A stretch of DNA of 64,000 nucleotides from Salinispira sp. (GCA_965602015.1 OZ271918.1:544001-608000), one strand, 5' to 3'. Counted from the stretch's first letter, positions 48,135-57,602 are shown. Notes: generated from the letters alone by a model not told the origin. Numbers and translations: made by a program.

Positions 48135-49718
48135 ATGGACCAGCTATACTCCTACGACGATCTTGTGGTCGGTCGGCGATGTCTGCGCCAGCTTCGCCGA
48201 CGGCTCGAACAGCGCAGCAGCGCAGATGAGCTGCTGCTCTCGCAACTGCCCGAAGCCCCCAAGGGCTCTTCCTCAACCCATCAGTTTCTTGAGCGCAGCC
48301 GAATTGAAAAAGCCTATATCGACTCATTTCTGGAGCAGGAGCCCGGATCGGTTGTTATTCACGCCGGACTGGCCGACAGTCTGATTCAACATCGTGATGA
48401 TCACATTGTAACCCTTTACCGGCAGAGCCAAGCGGCTCTCGATGACCTTAGCACCGGGGCCATACCGGCTTTGGTCAACGGACTGTTTGTCGTCGGTCAG
48501 CGGATAATCCTGGTCGACCGGCTACGGCGCAATGAGTCCGGGGGCTATCGCCTGGAGCTTGCAAAAACCGCATCGAAGCTAAAAGACGGATATGTGCGCG
48601 AAGCCGGCTGGGTTAGCCAAGGGTTGGCGGCTTGTGGTCTCCGGATTGATGAAATTTATATCCTTCTGCTCGACCGCGGATATCGCCGGGGAAGCGCCGC
48701 ATTTTATACCGAGCTTCGACAAAAAAAACGACACAAGTTCCTTCGTCAGGATGCGGCAGACGAGCTCGAGCAGATGATCAGGAAGATTCAAAACGGACAG
48801 GATGGTTCATGCCGCGATGAGAGCTGCCCCGAGTGCGGTGCCGATCGGCCGAGCGCCAATGATTGGGGCAGCATCCACAACCTTCACAAATCAGGAGGCT
48901 TAAGCCGGCAGCTCAGCGAACAGGGCATCCTGTGGGTGGACGAACTCGATCAGGTAAAATCTCCGCTAAAAGAGAAGCTCAAGCCCCATCACTGGATTCA
49001 GCACCGGGTCGAGAAAACCGGAGACGAGCATATAGACAAGCCCGCTCTTCGTGATTTTCTCGACAGTCTTTCATGGCCGCTGTACTTCCTCGATTTCGAG
49101 TGCTTTTTGGAGGCCTTGCCGAGCTGGGATGACGTCGGTGTCTGGGAGCATGTTCCGTTTTTGTATTCCCTGTATCGGATGGATGGCGACTTAACCCTGC
49201 ACCGCCACGAACACCATCTCATCCTGCCCGGAAAGGATCGCCGGGATGACCTGGCGAAGCAACTGGTCGCTGATCTGGGCACCAGCGGCTCTATTTTGGT
49301 ATATGGAATCCATTTCGAGCGCAGCATTATCAAGCGGCTCGGAGAGTGCTGTGCGGTGCAGCGAGAGGCCCTTGCGGCAGTTACCGAACGATTGGTGGAT
49401 CTGCAAACTCCTTTTGCAAATTTCTCGTATTATCACCCCCACCAGTCCGGCAAAATCAGCTTAAAAGTCCTGCTTCCCATCCTCAGCGAGCAGGGCTATT
49501 CCGATGACCAGGTCTCAAGCGGCAGCCAGGCCTTTGTGGGCTACTACTATCTTATGCATCCCGAATTACCGGTGCCAGAACAATGGGATCCATACGCACG
49601 GCACGTACGCGAGGATCCCGAGACCTTCTACCGGCAGGTGGTGGAATACTGCGACACCGACGCATACGGACTGGCCTACTTGGTGAAGGCTCTGATGAAA
49701 AAAGCCGGCATTTCCTAA
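48135..49718 (+). CDS. DUF2779-like protein (RecB-like N-terminal part and RNase H-like C-terminal domain)
   Basis: PLYFLDFE, VPFLYSL, SILVY...FE, LVDL..PF, SLKVLLP and EYCDTD. Confidence 0.7.
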   Translation: MDQLYSYDDLVVGRRCLRQLRRRLEQRSSADELLLSQLPEAPKGSSSTHQFLERSRIEKAYIDSFLEQEPGSVVIHAGLADSLIQHRDDHIVTLYRQSQAALDDLSTGAIPALVNGLFVVGQRIILVDRLRRNESGGYRLELAKTASKLKDGYVREAGWVSQGLAACGLRIDEIYILLLDRGYRRGSAAFYTELRQKKRHKFLRQDAADELEQMIRKIQNGQDGSCRDESCPECGADRPSANDWGSIHNLHKSGGLSRQLSEQGILWVDELDQVKSPLKEKLKPHHWIQHRVEKTGDEHIDKPALRDFLDSLSWPLYFLDFECFLEALPSWDDVGVWEHVPFLYSLYRMDGDLTLHRHEHHLILPGKDRRDDLAKQLVADLGTSGSILVYGIHFERSIIKRLGECCAVQREALAAVTERLVDLQTPFANFSYYHPHQSGKISLKVLLPILSEQGYSDDQVSSGSQAFVGYYYLMHPELPVPEQWDPYARHVREDPETFYRQVVEYCDTDAYGLAYLVKALMKKAGIS

Positions 49719-49727
49719 GCCATCGGT

Positions 49728-49978
49728 CGAAGCGGCGCGCTGGCCGGGCAGCCGGCAGCGAACACCGCCGAACCGGCGCACAGGCCGGGGGCGGGCAGCG
49801 AACACAGCCGAACCGGCGCGCGGGCAGCGGGCAGAGAACATCAGCCGAACTGGCGCGCGGGCCGGCGGCGGGCAGCGAACATCAGCAGAATCGGCGCGCG
49901 GGCATCTGGCAGCGAACACCAGCCGAACCGGCGCGCGGGCAGCGGGCAGAGAACATCAGCCGAACCGGCGCGCTGGCC
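49728..49978. repeat. Intergenic GC-rich imperfect tandem repeat, 6 units of 36-41 bp plus a partial unit
   Basis: Core ggcagMgaacaYcagccgaaccggcgcgcgggc, with gaaca at 49760, 49800, 49836, 49877, 49914 and 49951. Confidence 0.9.
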
Positions 49979-49984
49979 CTGGAA

Positions 49985-50863
49985 CTATCTGAACTCCAGG
50001 TCGACGCTTATGGGGAAGTGATCGCTTGGGTACCGGCCGTTGTAGCGGTTGCGCCAGACCCTTACCGGAGCATCGGCGGAAAAGCCGCTGTTTATCAGAA
50101 TATGATCAATCGCGGGCAATATAGCCAAACCGGCGATGCGGTTCGTGCTTCCCGAAGGCGTAACGAGGGAGAGGCCTATTTCTGCAAAGCTTCGCAGCTC
50201 GGCGAAGCTGGCGGGGGCATTGAAGTCGCCTAGGAGCACCAAGGGCAGGGAATCTTCATTAATGGATTCGATGCGTTTCATCACTAGTTCCGTCGATCTG
50301 ATCCGGTTTCTCCGGCTTGCGAAATCATTGTGCATATTAAAAACGTAAAATTCCCTCTCTGTGTTGAGTTCGCGTAACTTAACCCAGCTGCAAAAATACG
50401 GATATCGGCCATTCCACTGCCGGCTGTAAATCTCATCCGGGGTTTCGGAGAAAAAGAAAAAACCCTGTTCCACCAACTCCAGCCGACGGGAGTCAAAGAG
50501 GATCGGCTGGGTCACCGGAAAGATTTTCGGATCGCCGACGGCTCCGGGGCTGAAAAAGGTGAAGTTTTTGAGCACCCACTCCAATTGTAAATTCTGATCG
50601 CTATAGCTTCCGCCGCCGAAGGTTTCCATCTCCTGGAATGCGATGATGTCGGCTTGCATATCCGCCAAAACCCCCGCGACTGCCTCCCTCCGGTCCAGCC
50701 AATCGTCATTGGGACGCGATGGAACGATATAGCGTATATTGAAAGACACAACGGTAAAGGTCATCTTAGTATGTTCCGGCTCATCTGCCATGCTGACACC
50801 CGTAGCGAGAAAAACGATGGCGGCGAAGATAAATGTGTGGCGGTATCTCACGGTCATTTCCAT
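49985..50863 (-). CDS. Exported endonuclease/exonuclease/phosphatase (EEP) family protein
   Basis: VSFNIR, IAFQE, LLGDFNA, IDHILI and PSDHFP; signal peptide. Confidence 0.9.
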   Translation of the reverse strand: MEMTVRYRHTFIFAAIVFLATGVSMADEPEHTKMTFTVVSFNIRYIVPSRPNDDWLDRREAVAGVLADMQADIIAFQEMETFGGGSYSDQNLQLEWVLKNFTFFSPGAVGDPKIFPVTQPILFDSRRLELVEQGFFFFSETPDEIYSRQWNGRYPYFCSWVKLRELNTEREFYVFNMHNDFASRRNRIRSTELVMKRIESINEDSLPLVLLGDFNAPASFAELRSFAEIGLSLVTPSGSTNRIAGLAILPAIDHILINSGFSADAPVRVWRNRYNGRYPSDHFPISVDLEFR

Positions 50864-50896
50864 TTGATTCCCATCACTGCGCAATCCGCAGCCCAA

Positions 50897-52060
50897 TCAA
50901 GACTGGGCAATGAGGGTAATGATGCCCAAGGATCCGTCGACATGGATCGGGTCTCCGGCGGGGATGTGCTTTCCCTCCGCTACGGCATATACGTGGGGTA
51001 TTCCCCTTATGTGTGCGATAATTGCCCCGAGACCAAACCCGCTTCCGTGAAGCTCAACAATCGCCAGGGCCCTGTCTGCGGTTTCCGCGCTTTGAACGCT
51101 GATCTCATCACATACCAGAATCCCGGTTTCCGAATGTTCCCCCATGCTCAGCGCTCTTCCGGTGGCCCTGCCCGGCGCTCCGGGTTCTCCGATTATTTGA
51201 CGCAGCGCCGGGCCATCGAAAGCAGCAGCGCCGGTATCGGCTTTCCTCGCTACAGGCTGAGTCTGGTAGGCCTGCGGCAATGAGGAAGCTTGAGCCAGAC
51301 GCCACAACTCCCGGGCAGCAGATCCGAACCGGAGTCCGGCCTCATCGAGGAATAATTCCTCATTTCGGACACCGGCCAATACGCTCACCCATTGGAACGG
51401 GGAATCGGGCAAAAGGACCCTGTTGTACATCCGGCCGAACAGGATCCGGGATTCCATTTCATCTCCATGATCCGCCCTGAGATAAGCCCCTAGAGGATCC
51501 TCCGGGTGAAATAGAGCGTCCATTGGAATAATGTACTCGGATGTGTCCGGTCCGATAGCCCACAGCGTGCTTGTACTTTCCGGTGAATCGGGAATCTGCT
51601 CCGCATTTGTGTCAGGAGGCCGTAGGCTAATCTCCATACCCCGGGTAATGGCAGATAGCACAATACTTCGCTTCGCCGCGTCCCGATGAAAGGCGTACAG
51701 GGCGGCCGCCCGAATTTCCCGCAATGCCCGAAGGATTTCCGCCGGGCCTGATGCCAGGCACAGTCCAAAAGGATCGGTTCCGCCGATTGAGATAAGTACC
51801 CGATCAGCCCGATCATCGAGCCATGAAGCCAGGGCTTCCTCCAAAGAACCGGATACCGCGACGTGAAGGGCGGCCGACTCGGTCCGCAGAGCAGTCTCTG
51901 AATTGTCACATTGGGAAAGGAGATTCATCAGTTCAGACTCGTGAAAGCCAAGGGCGTCCCAGCTTATAGCCAAGGTGGGGCAGAGCCTAATCCCGCGCTC
52001 CTGCACAGAAGCAATGAACCTGGCGCGCAGGTCGAGCGGACCATCCCCGAAGACGGTCAT
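50897..52060 (-). CDS. Protein with a degenerate C-terminal PEP-utilising mobile (swivel) domain
   Basis: GAPGRATGRA...ILVC...GAIIAHIRGIPHV...GDPIHVDGSLGII. ATGA-coupled to the upstream gene. Confidence 0.65.
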   Translation of the reverse strand: MTVFGDGPLDLRARFIASVQERGIRLCPTLAISWDALGFHESELMNLLSQCDNSETALRTESAALHVAVSGSLEEALASWLDDRADRVLISIGGTDPFGLCLASGPAEILRALREIRAAALYAFHRDAAKRSIVLSAITRGMEISLRPPDTNAEQIPDSPESTSTLWAIGPDTSEYIIPMDALFHPEDPLGAYLRADHGDEMESRILFGRMYNRVLLPDSPFQWVSVLAGVRNEELFLDEAGLRFGSAARELWRLAQASSLPQAYQTQPVARKADTGAAAFDGPALRQIIGEPGAPGRATGRALSMGEHSETGILVCDEISVQSAETADRALAIVELHGSGFGLGAIIAHIRGIPHVYAVAEGKHIPAGDPIHVDGSLGIITLIAQS

Positions 52061-52527
52061 TTGTCTCCGCCCTGCGCGGCATCCATGGAAGCGGTTTCGA
52101 TGACAAAGACATTTTGAAACCCGGCGACAACGTCGTATCTGCTCACATCGATGCAAAACAACTCGGAGTTTTTTGCAAAATCATCGAGGTTCGGGTGCCT
52201 GGAGCGATAAATGCGTTCATATTGACTGCGCTCGCTGTTTTTCAAAAGGCGGGCCTCCCCCCTGGCTTCAATTCCGCATATCTGTGTTAGACGTTCCGAG
52301 TCGTTGCTCCGGTCATCGACAAAGAAGGAGACCTTGGGATTTTCCATCAGATTTCGATACTTCCTCGTGCTGCTCGGGGTGGGAAAAATGATGCTGCGAA
52401 GATCATCTGCGGGGACGAAGGACACGATGGTGCTGTGCGGACCGCTTCCGTCGTTTGTGGCCAGTACGGCATAGAGCTGATCCCAGAGGATGCTTCGCAT
52501 CTTGATTATGATTTCATGGTATTCCAT
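52057..52527 (-). CDS. Pyridoxamine 5'-phosphate oxidase-like (split-barrel flavin-binding) protein
   Basis: AVLATND..GPHSTIV and TRKYRNLMENPKVSF. Confidence 0.85.
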   Translation of the reverse strand: MEYHEIIIKMRSILWDQLYAVLATNDGSGPHSTIVSFVPADDLRSIIFPTPSSTRKYRNLMENPKVSFFVDDRSNDSERLTQICGIEARGEARLLKNSERSQYERIYRSRHPNLDDFAKNSELFCIDVSRYDVVAGFQNVFVIETASMDAAQGGDK

Positions 52528-53833
52528 TGTTTTCTCCAACATGCTGAATAGCCCGGGCGATCTGAGAAGGTCCGAGCGAACGAATCGTATCTGACCAGGA
52601 GTTAAGCTGTGATATCACCTCCGCAGACTGGATAGTGCGAAGGGCATCGGCGATTACCGTATCGCTGAGGGCATTGGGGTCGCAGACTGCTCCCAGACCG
52701 TAGCGTTCCACGTCCCTGGCGACATTGAATTGATCGCTTGAGAACGGCAAAACCACCATGGGACAACGGCAGTACAGCGACTCAGTGAACGAGCTCACCC
52801 CCCCGTGGTGAAAAATCACATCGGCTGCCGGGAGGAGGGCCCGCTGGGGTATAAACCGATCGGCAAACACGCTCCCCCCGAACTCTTCGTTTATGTCCGC
52901 AGCATGGCTTCCGGCACCGGCAAATATCCTCGCATCGGGACGGGCTGCCAAAATGCCCCGGATGAGTCTTTTTATTACATCGTCCCGGCTTGAAAGAAAG
53001 GTGCCCATCGCAATAATGACCGTGTAGGCTTCGCTTTGCATCCGGGCTTTCCATGTGTCGGGCAAGGTTTGCTCGGTAAAGCTGTGTCCGGTGAACAGGC
53101 GGCCCTTTGACCGTACCGAGGGGAAGGGCGGGTAGTTGCAGATGACTGCCCTGGAAGATGTGCAGGCGAAGGCCGATTCGACCCCGGGGATATTAAAACT
53201 CCCCTGAAGTATTGCATTGAATTTATCGGTGAAATTACGCTCAACTTCCCGGGCCGATTTTTCCAACCGCAGGAGGTCGTTTTTCCCCGGCTTTAAAGCT
53301 CGGGGCCACTGGGGCGGCACACTGTATATCATGGTCCCCGTGGGAATGCTGTGGGGATGGGGCGCGCAAAATGTCATAAATGGAAGACCGAGGCCGACGA
53401 GTGCAAGGGTCGCGCCGTAGGACAACTGATCCACTATCCACAAGGACGGCGATATTTCATGGTCAATTTCCCGGATAGACTCAATAAGCTCTTCAGGATT
53501 AGCAAACATATCGGAAATCCGGTGACGTCCCTGAGTAATAAGGGTCTCAACCGGTCCGAGCCTGGTGGCATCGAGGAACTCAACAAGCCGTCGGGCCTCT
53601 TCCTCAGCCTGTTTTGTTTCGACGGCCACCCCGCGGTTGGCATTCCGGTTAATATGGACTTCACGAAAATCCAATCCAAGATTTATCACATCGCCCTTAA
53701 ATTCCGGAGAACTACCCACAGTAATTTCCGTGCCCCGGTCCCGTAAGGCAGCCGCCAAGCTCATGAGGGGGGTAAAGTGGGAATAAAACGGGGGGGCGAG
53801 GATGCAAACCGACGGGTATTTTACTTCATCCAT
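52514..53833 (-). CDS. GT1/MGT-like glycosyltransferase
   Basis: SHFTPL, AMGTF and FIPQRALLPAADVIFHHGGVSSFTESL...PFSSDQF. GGAGG RBS before ATG 53833. Confidence 0.9.
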   Translation of the reverse strand: MDEVKYPSVCILAPPFYSHFTPLMSLAAALRDRGTEITVGSSPEFKGDVINLGLDFREVHINRNANRGVAVETKQAEEEARRLVEFLDATRLGPVETLITQGRHRISDMFANPEELIESIREIDHEISPSLWIVDQLSYGATLALVGLGLPFMTFCAPHPHSIPTGTMIYSVPPQWPRALKPGKNDLLRLEKSAREVERNFTDKFNAILQGSFNIPGVESAFACTSSRAVICNYPPFPSVRSKGRLFTGHSFTEQTLPDTWKARMQSEAYTVIIAMGTFLSSRDDVIKRLIRGILAARPDARIFAGAGSHAADINEEFGGSVFADRFIPQRALLPAADVIFHHGGVSSFTESLYCRCPMVVLPFSSDQFNVARDVERYGLGAVCDPNALSDTVIADALRTIQSAEVISQLNSWSDTIRSLGPSQIARAIQHVGENNGIP

Positions 53834-55547
53834 GGTTGACCCTCCGGTAAAAATCTGCGAAATCCGCGGCAATCCGCTTCATGGAATAGCGGGTCTCTAC
53901 TGTCCTCGCGGCATTTTTGCCTATCGCCCGGGCCTTTTTGTCCGTAAGTCGGTCACATACCAACAATCTTCCCATTTCACGCTCCAGGCTTTCCGAGCTC
54001 TCAGTTGCGATCAAAAAGCCGTTGACTCCATGGCGGATATAACTCCCCGCCCCGCCTTTCAGGGGAGCGAGAACCACAAGACCCACGGACATGGCCTCTA
54101 AAATGGACAGACCGAACTCCTCTTTTATGCTCGGACAGATGTAAAGATCACCGTGATCAGTCCTGCGCTGCGAGAAATATGCCTGAATAGTCCTGATATC
54201 CCGGTTGCTGCGCCCCGGTAGATGACAGAACCTGCCGCTAAGCTCCGGACGAGGGGCCACGCAGGATCGGATGCCCTCTATGATCTCCTGTTCCTCCCGA
54301 TTCGGGTTTGCAAAATCGCCCCCGATAAGCACGAGGTTGTGGGTCTTCCAGGCATCGGCTGACCAGGCTTTCACCAGGGCAACCTGGTTTTTTATTCCCG
54401 CAAGACGACCCACGCTGAGCACGGTCCGTCGGTCCTGGTGCTCCGCCGTCAGGGCAAATTCCAGTGAAGGCGAGGTAAGCAGTGAAGGAATGTCGATTTC
54501 GGAAGGACTGATATGTGATTGAACGCCCTCATCAATGCCCGCGATTACCTTCCCCCGGGTATCTTCCAATTGAGGATAATAGGGCCACAGCTCCCTCTCG
54601 AGGGTTTTGGTCCCTATGGCCAGGATCCCGTCGGCCTTTGCCACCAGTTCGTCACCGATTAGAATCTTGTTAATATAGTCTATGGCGGTTTCTGAAGGGA
54701 GTTTTTTGATGTTCCCCTTTTGATCGATAATCTGTCTGTGGGGATCCGGGGTGATGGTTGCCACCAGCTTTGCCCCGGCGCTTTTCGCCGAACGGGCCGC
54801 CGCAAGAGATGCATCATCGAGGAATCTGACATGTACGATATCCGGCGACATCGCCGGGTGTCCAAAGGTTCTTCCCACTGAGTTGCCGATGTGAGAGCGG
54901 GCTTCCGGGAAGCCTCCGGGGGCCTCCTGTTCCAATTCGACAGATAGCCTGACAATGCTGTGACAATCGGTCAGGTTTTCCACTGGAACAAAGGGATAAG
55001 AGCTGCGGCCGCGGTCGTAGAGCACCAGGGTTGCAATCCCGCCGGCAGTGGGCGGTATGGCATTGCCCAGCTGGGTCAGCAGGGTGCCGATGCCCCCGCT
55101 TGAGCCCCTGCCGCTGCGCGTAGGATCTCCATAGAACATGCATTGAATAATCGAAACCGGGTGGGCGAGCTGGTGGCTGTATTCGTTGCCGTTTTCCGCC
55201 TCCTGTGCTTTTATCAGTTTCTCAAGTCCGGAAAAACGCGGATTTCCGTTTTTTGATCGGAGGAGATCGGCTGCGTCTTCCCGCCACTGGGGACGGGACC
55301 CGATGGCGTCGCTCAGATAGAGATCAAAGTAGCGGCTCTCGCCGGCGTGCTCGATTAACGAGAACACTTCCTGTTTATCCGACGTGTATCGCAGCGAGGC
55401 TGCCTCCAGGGTTCTTTGTGTTGATAAATCCGGGGACCCGCCAAATAGAGCATTTCCCAACTCCCGCACGCTGTTGCGATGGTCAATGTCCAGGTTTCCG
55501 CTGCGCTGCACATAGAGCCGATGTCGAATCTCAGAGAACGCGTTCAT
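53826..55547 (-). CDS. GT4 (GT-B) glycosyltransferase
   Basis: SVGRLAGIKNQ and CPSIKEEFGLSILEAMSVG; ATGA-coupled start. Confidence 0.88.
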   Translation of the reverse strand: MNAFSEIRHRLYVQRSGNLDIDHRNSVRELGNALFGGSPDLSTQRTLEAASLRYTSDKQEVFSLIEHAGESRYFDLYLSDAIGSRPQWREDAADLLRSKNGNPRFSGLEKLIKAQEAENGNEYSHQLAHPVSIIQCMFYGDPTRSGRGSSGGIGTLLTQLGNAIPPTAGGIATLVLYDRGRSSYPFVPVENLTDCHSIVRLSVELEQEAPGGFPEARSHIGNSVGRTFGHPAMSPDIVHVRFLDDASLAAARSAKSAGAKLVATITPDPHRQIIDQKGNIKKLPSETAIDYINKILIGDELVAKADGILAIGTKTLERELWPYYPQLEDTRGKVIAGIDEGVQSHISPSEIDIPSLLTSPSLEFALTAEHQDRRTVLSVGRLAGIKNQVALVKAWSADAWKTHNLVLIGGDFANPNREEQEIIEGIRSCVAPRPELSGRFCHLPGRSNRDIRTIQAYFSQRRTDHGDLYICPSIKEEFGLSILEAMSVGLVVLAPLKGGAGSYIRHGVNGFLIATESSESLEREMGRLLVCDRLTDKKARAIGKNAARTVETRYSMKRIAADFADFYRRVNHG

Positions 55548-56083
55548 TGAAACTCTATAGTCGGCCGGCTTTGACGAAGCGCCAGATATACAATAAGGTC
55601 GAATGCGAATAAAAAGCCGCCCTGGAGTATTAGAGCTGAGCCAAAACCCGAAAGCCGCGCGGAATCCGGAAGTCCTCGTCTGCTCCGTTCCAGTAAGGCC
55701 CAACCCGCTGCCATGTAGCCAATATCGAGCCCGGCATTAAAGAGAAGGGCGGATTCAAGGCGCCGCTGAATTTCATTGGCTGAAATAAAATCTTCCGAAG
55801 CGTCATTTCGCCCGGTCGTCAAAAGTCCGACCCCGGCAATCGAAAGATTAACCAGGTTCCACGCCGCGTTCATTTGGTGGAAATACCTGGTATCTTCCTG
55901 GGTCGAAAATGACAATGCTGTTCCAATAGCAATATTCCCCACTGCCCAGCCGCCCAGCACCGCCATGCCTCTCTGGGTGGTCACACGTCGCTCTGCAGAA
56001 TTTAATTCTACGGTCTGCCCAAAGATCGAATACGTGATGAGGAAAAACGCAGACAGGGCAATTACTTTGCGGTATTTTTTCAT
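55544..56083 (-). CDS. Membrane protein (DUF6992-like)
   Basis: GMAVLGGWAVGN, YFHQMNAAWNLVNL and LFNAGLDIGY; several transmembrane helices. Family name recalled, not searched. Confidence 0.7.
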   Translation of the reverse strand: MKKYRKVIALSAFFLITYSIFGQTVELNSAERRVTTQRGMAVLGGWAVGNIAIGTALSFSTQEDTRYFHQMNAAWNLVNLSIAGVGLLTTGRNDASEDFISANEIQRRLESALLFNAGLDIGYMAAGWALLERSRRGLPDSARLSGFGSALILQGGFLFAFDLIVYLALRQSRPTIEFQ

Positions 56084-56243
56084 GTGCCAGCCTTCTATGA
56101 AGCCTTCGTCCTGAAGGGCAGTTCGCAGCCCTTCTGTACTTATCCCTTTAACCATAGGTTCAATGGATGGGCTTTGCAAGGACACAGACACGTATCATAT
56201 ACCAATAAATTCAATGTCCGCGCGGAAAAAATGATCTGTGCGC

Positions 56244-56270
56244 TGTCACACGCTGCTATCCATAATCGTC
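56244..56270 (+). promoter_or_regulatory. ECF-sigma-type promoter (TGTCACA-N16-CGTC)
   Basis: Exact motif 47 bp before the two-gene unit that contains the ECF sigma factor. Confidence 0.75.
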
Positions 56271-56317
56271 TAATTACATGAACGGGGGAAAACCCCCATA
56301 GATTGAGGAGGTTTGCC

Positions 56318-56641
56318 ATGGGTAAACACGTGCGCCATCAGATTTTTTTCACCATCCTTCCCGGACGGGAAGACGATTTCAGGGCAATCAAACAGAAAAT
56401 GATTGCCGAATCCCTCACACTTGAGGGTCTGGTCTCAAGCACCAGTGCGAAGGTTTTTGATCTGGATAATACCTGGGTCGACACCATGGTATGGGAGAGT
56501 GCGGAGCATGCATTAGGCTCCCGAAACGCCTTCACATCCCTGCCGAGTGCATCAGGCTTTCTGTCGATGATGGCCGGTCCCCCCATAGCAGAGTATATGA
56601 TGGAGTTTGTCGCCGACGAAAATCCGATTCAAGGCGGATGA
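56318..56641 (+). CDS. Small ABM/dimeric alpha-beta barrel-like protein
   Basis: FTILPGREDDF...WVDTMVWESAEHA; GAGGAGG RBS. Confidence 0.7.
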   Translation: MGKHVRHQIFFTILPGREDDFRAIKQKMIAESLTLEGLVSSTSAKVFDLDNTWVDTMVWESAEHALGSRNAFTSLPSASGFLSMMAGPPIAEYMMEFVADENPIQGG

Positions 56642-56703
56642 GCTCGGATCAACGGGCCGCAATAATTCGGCCCTCGCATTTTTATCGAATTCAGGTGTAA
56701 GCT

Positions 56704-57513
56704 ATGAACATGGATTGGAAAGAACTGTGCGCAAAGGCTTTGGACGGGCACCGCGAAAGTCTCGAAACCTTGATCAAGGAAGTGCAGGACAAGGTGTATT
56801 ATCTGAGCCTGCGAATGTTGGTCAATCCCGAAGAGGCACAGGACGCAAGTCAGGAAATCCTCATAAAGGTTGTTACCAAACTCTCCCAATTCAAAGGCGA
56901 GTCGTCTTTCCCGACCTGGGTTTACCGCATCGCATCCAACACCTTGCTGGACATTATCAGATCTTCCACCGGGCCTAAGGCAATGACCTGGGAACATTTT
57001 CAGGAGGAACTGCATACCGACTTGGAAGATCCCGGAGCCCTTTCTCGCAATCCGGAATACGCCCTCCTGCTTTCGGAAGTGCGAATGGGCTGCACTATGG
57101 CTATGCTGCTCTGCTTAGTCCCTGAGCAGCGGATAGCCTACATCTTCGGGGAAATCTTCGAACTTGAGAGCCGGGAATCATCGGAGGTGCTCGGTATCTC
57201 CGCAGCCAGCTTCCGCAAACGGCTCTCACGGGCGAAGCAGAAGGTGAAGTGGTTTATGGATGTGAATTGCGGTCTGATAAACCCCGATGCCCGCTGCAGT
57301 TGCGAACGCAGAGTAGTCCCCGGGCTACACAAGAAGCGGATTAATTCCCGGGGGCTTTATTACGCCGGACAAAATGGTCCCGAGTATGCCCTAATGAGGG
57401 AACGGATTCGCAATACATCCCGCGAGTTGCGTGCCCACTTCTCCCAACGGGACATACCGGTCTTTCACAGCCCAGAAAATTTCAGCGAGCAAATTCTCAA
57501 GGCTATCAGGTAG
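56704..57513 (+). CDS. ECF RNA polymerase sigma factor with a Cys-rich C-terminal extension
   Basis: EAQDASQEIL, FKGESSFPTWVYRIASN, FRKRLSRA and CGLINPDARCSC. Confidence 0.92.
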   Translation: MNMDWKELCAKALDGHRESLETLIKEVQDKVYYLSLRMLVNPEEAQDASQEILIKVVTKLSQFKGESSFPTWVYRIASNTLLDIIRSSTGPKAMTWEHFQEELHTDLEDPGALSRNPEYALLLSEVRMGCTMAMLLCLVPEQRIAYIFGEIFELESRESSEVLGISAASFRKRLSRAKQKVKWFMDVNCGLINPDARCSCERRVVPGLHKKRINSRGLYYAGQNGPEYALMRERIRNTSRELRAHFSQRDIPVFHSPENFSEQILKAIR

Positions 57514-57534
57514 TTTGTGGTTCTTATTCTCCCG

Positions 57535-57575
57535 CGCAGTGATGGGGCGTTGCAGCTCTTAGTCTCCGAAGCCGA
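57535..57575 (+). repeat. 41-bp direct repeat (second copy at 61078-61118), 37/41 identical
   Basis: cgcagtgatggggcgttgcagctcttagtctccgaagccga versus cgcagcgatggtgcgctgcagctcctagtctccgaagccga. Confidence 0.9.
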
Positions 57576-57602
57576 ATCTCGACAAAAACTATGACAAGAT
57601 AG

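Noticed and set aside
49566..50233. Repeat-encoded proteins, or a CRISPR, at the 49.7-50.0 kb tract
   Set aside because: The ORFs overlap real genes at their ends and result from stop-poor GC repeats. There are no unique spacers.
50870..57546. 13-bp inverted match (cccatcactgcgc at 50870 and gcgcagtgatggg at 57534) as transposon ends
   Set aside because: Too short to exclude chance, with no transposase or target-site duplication.
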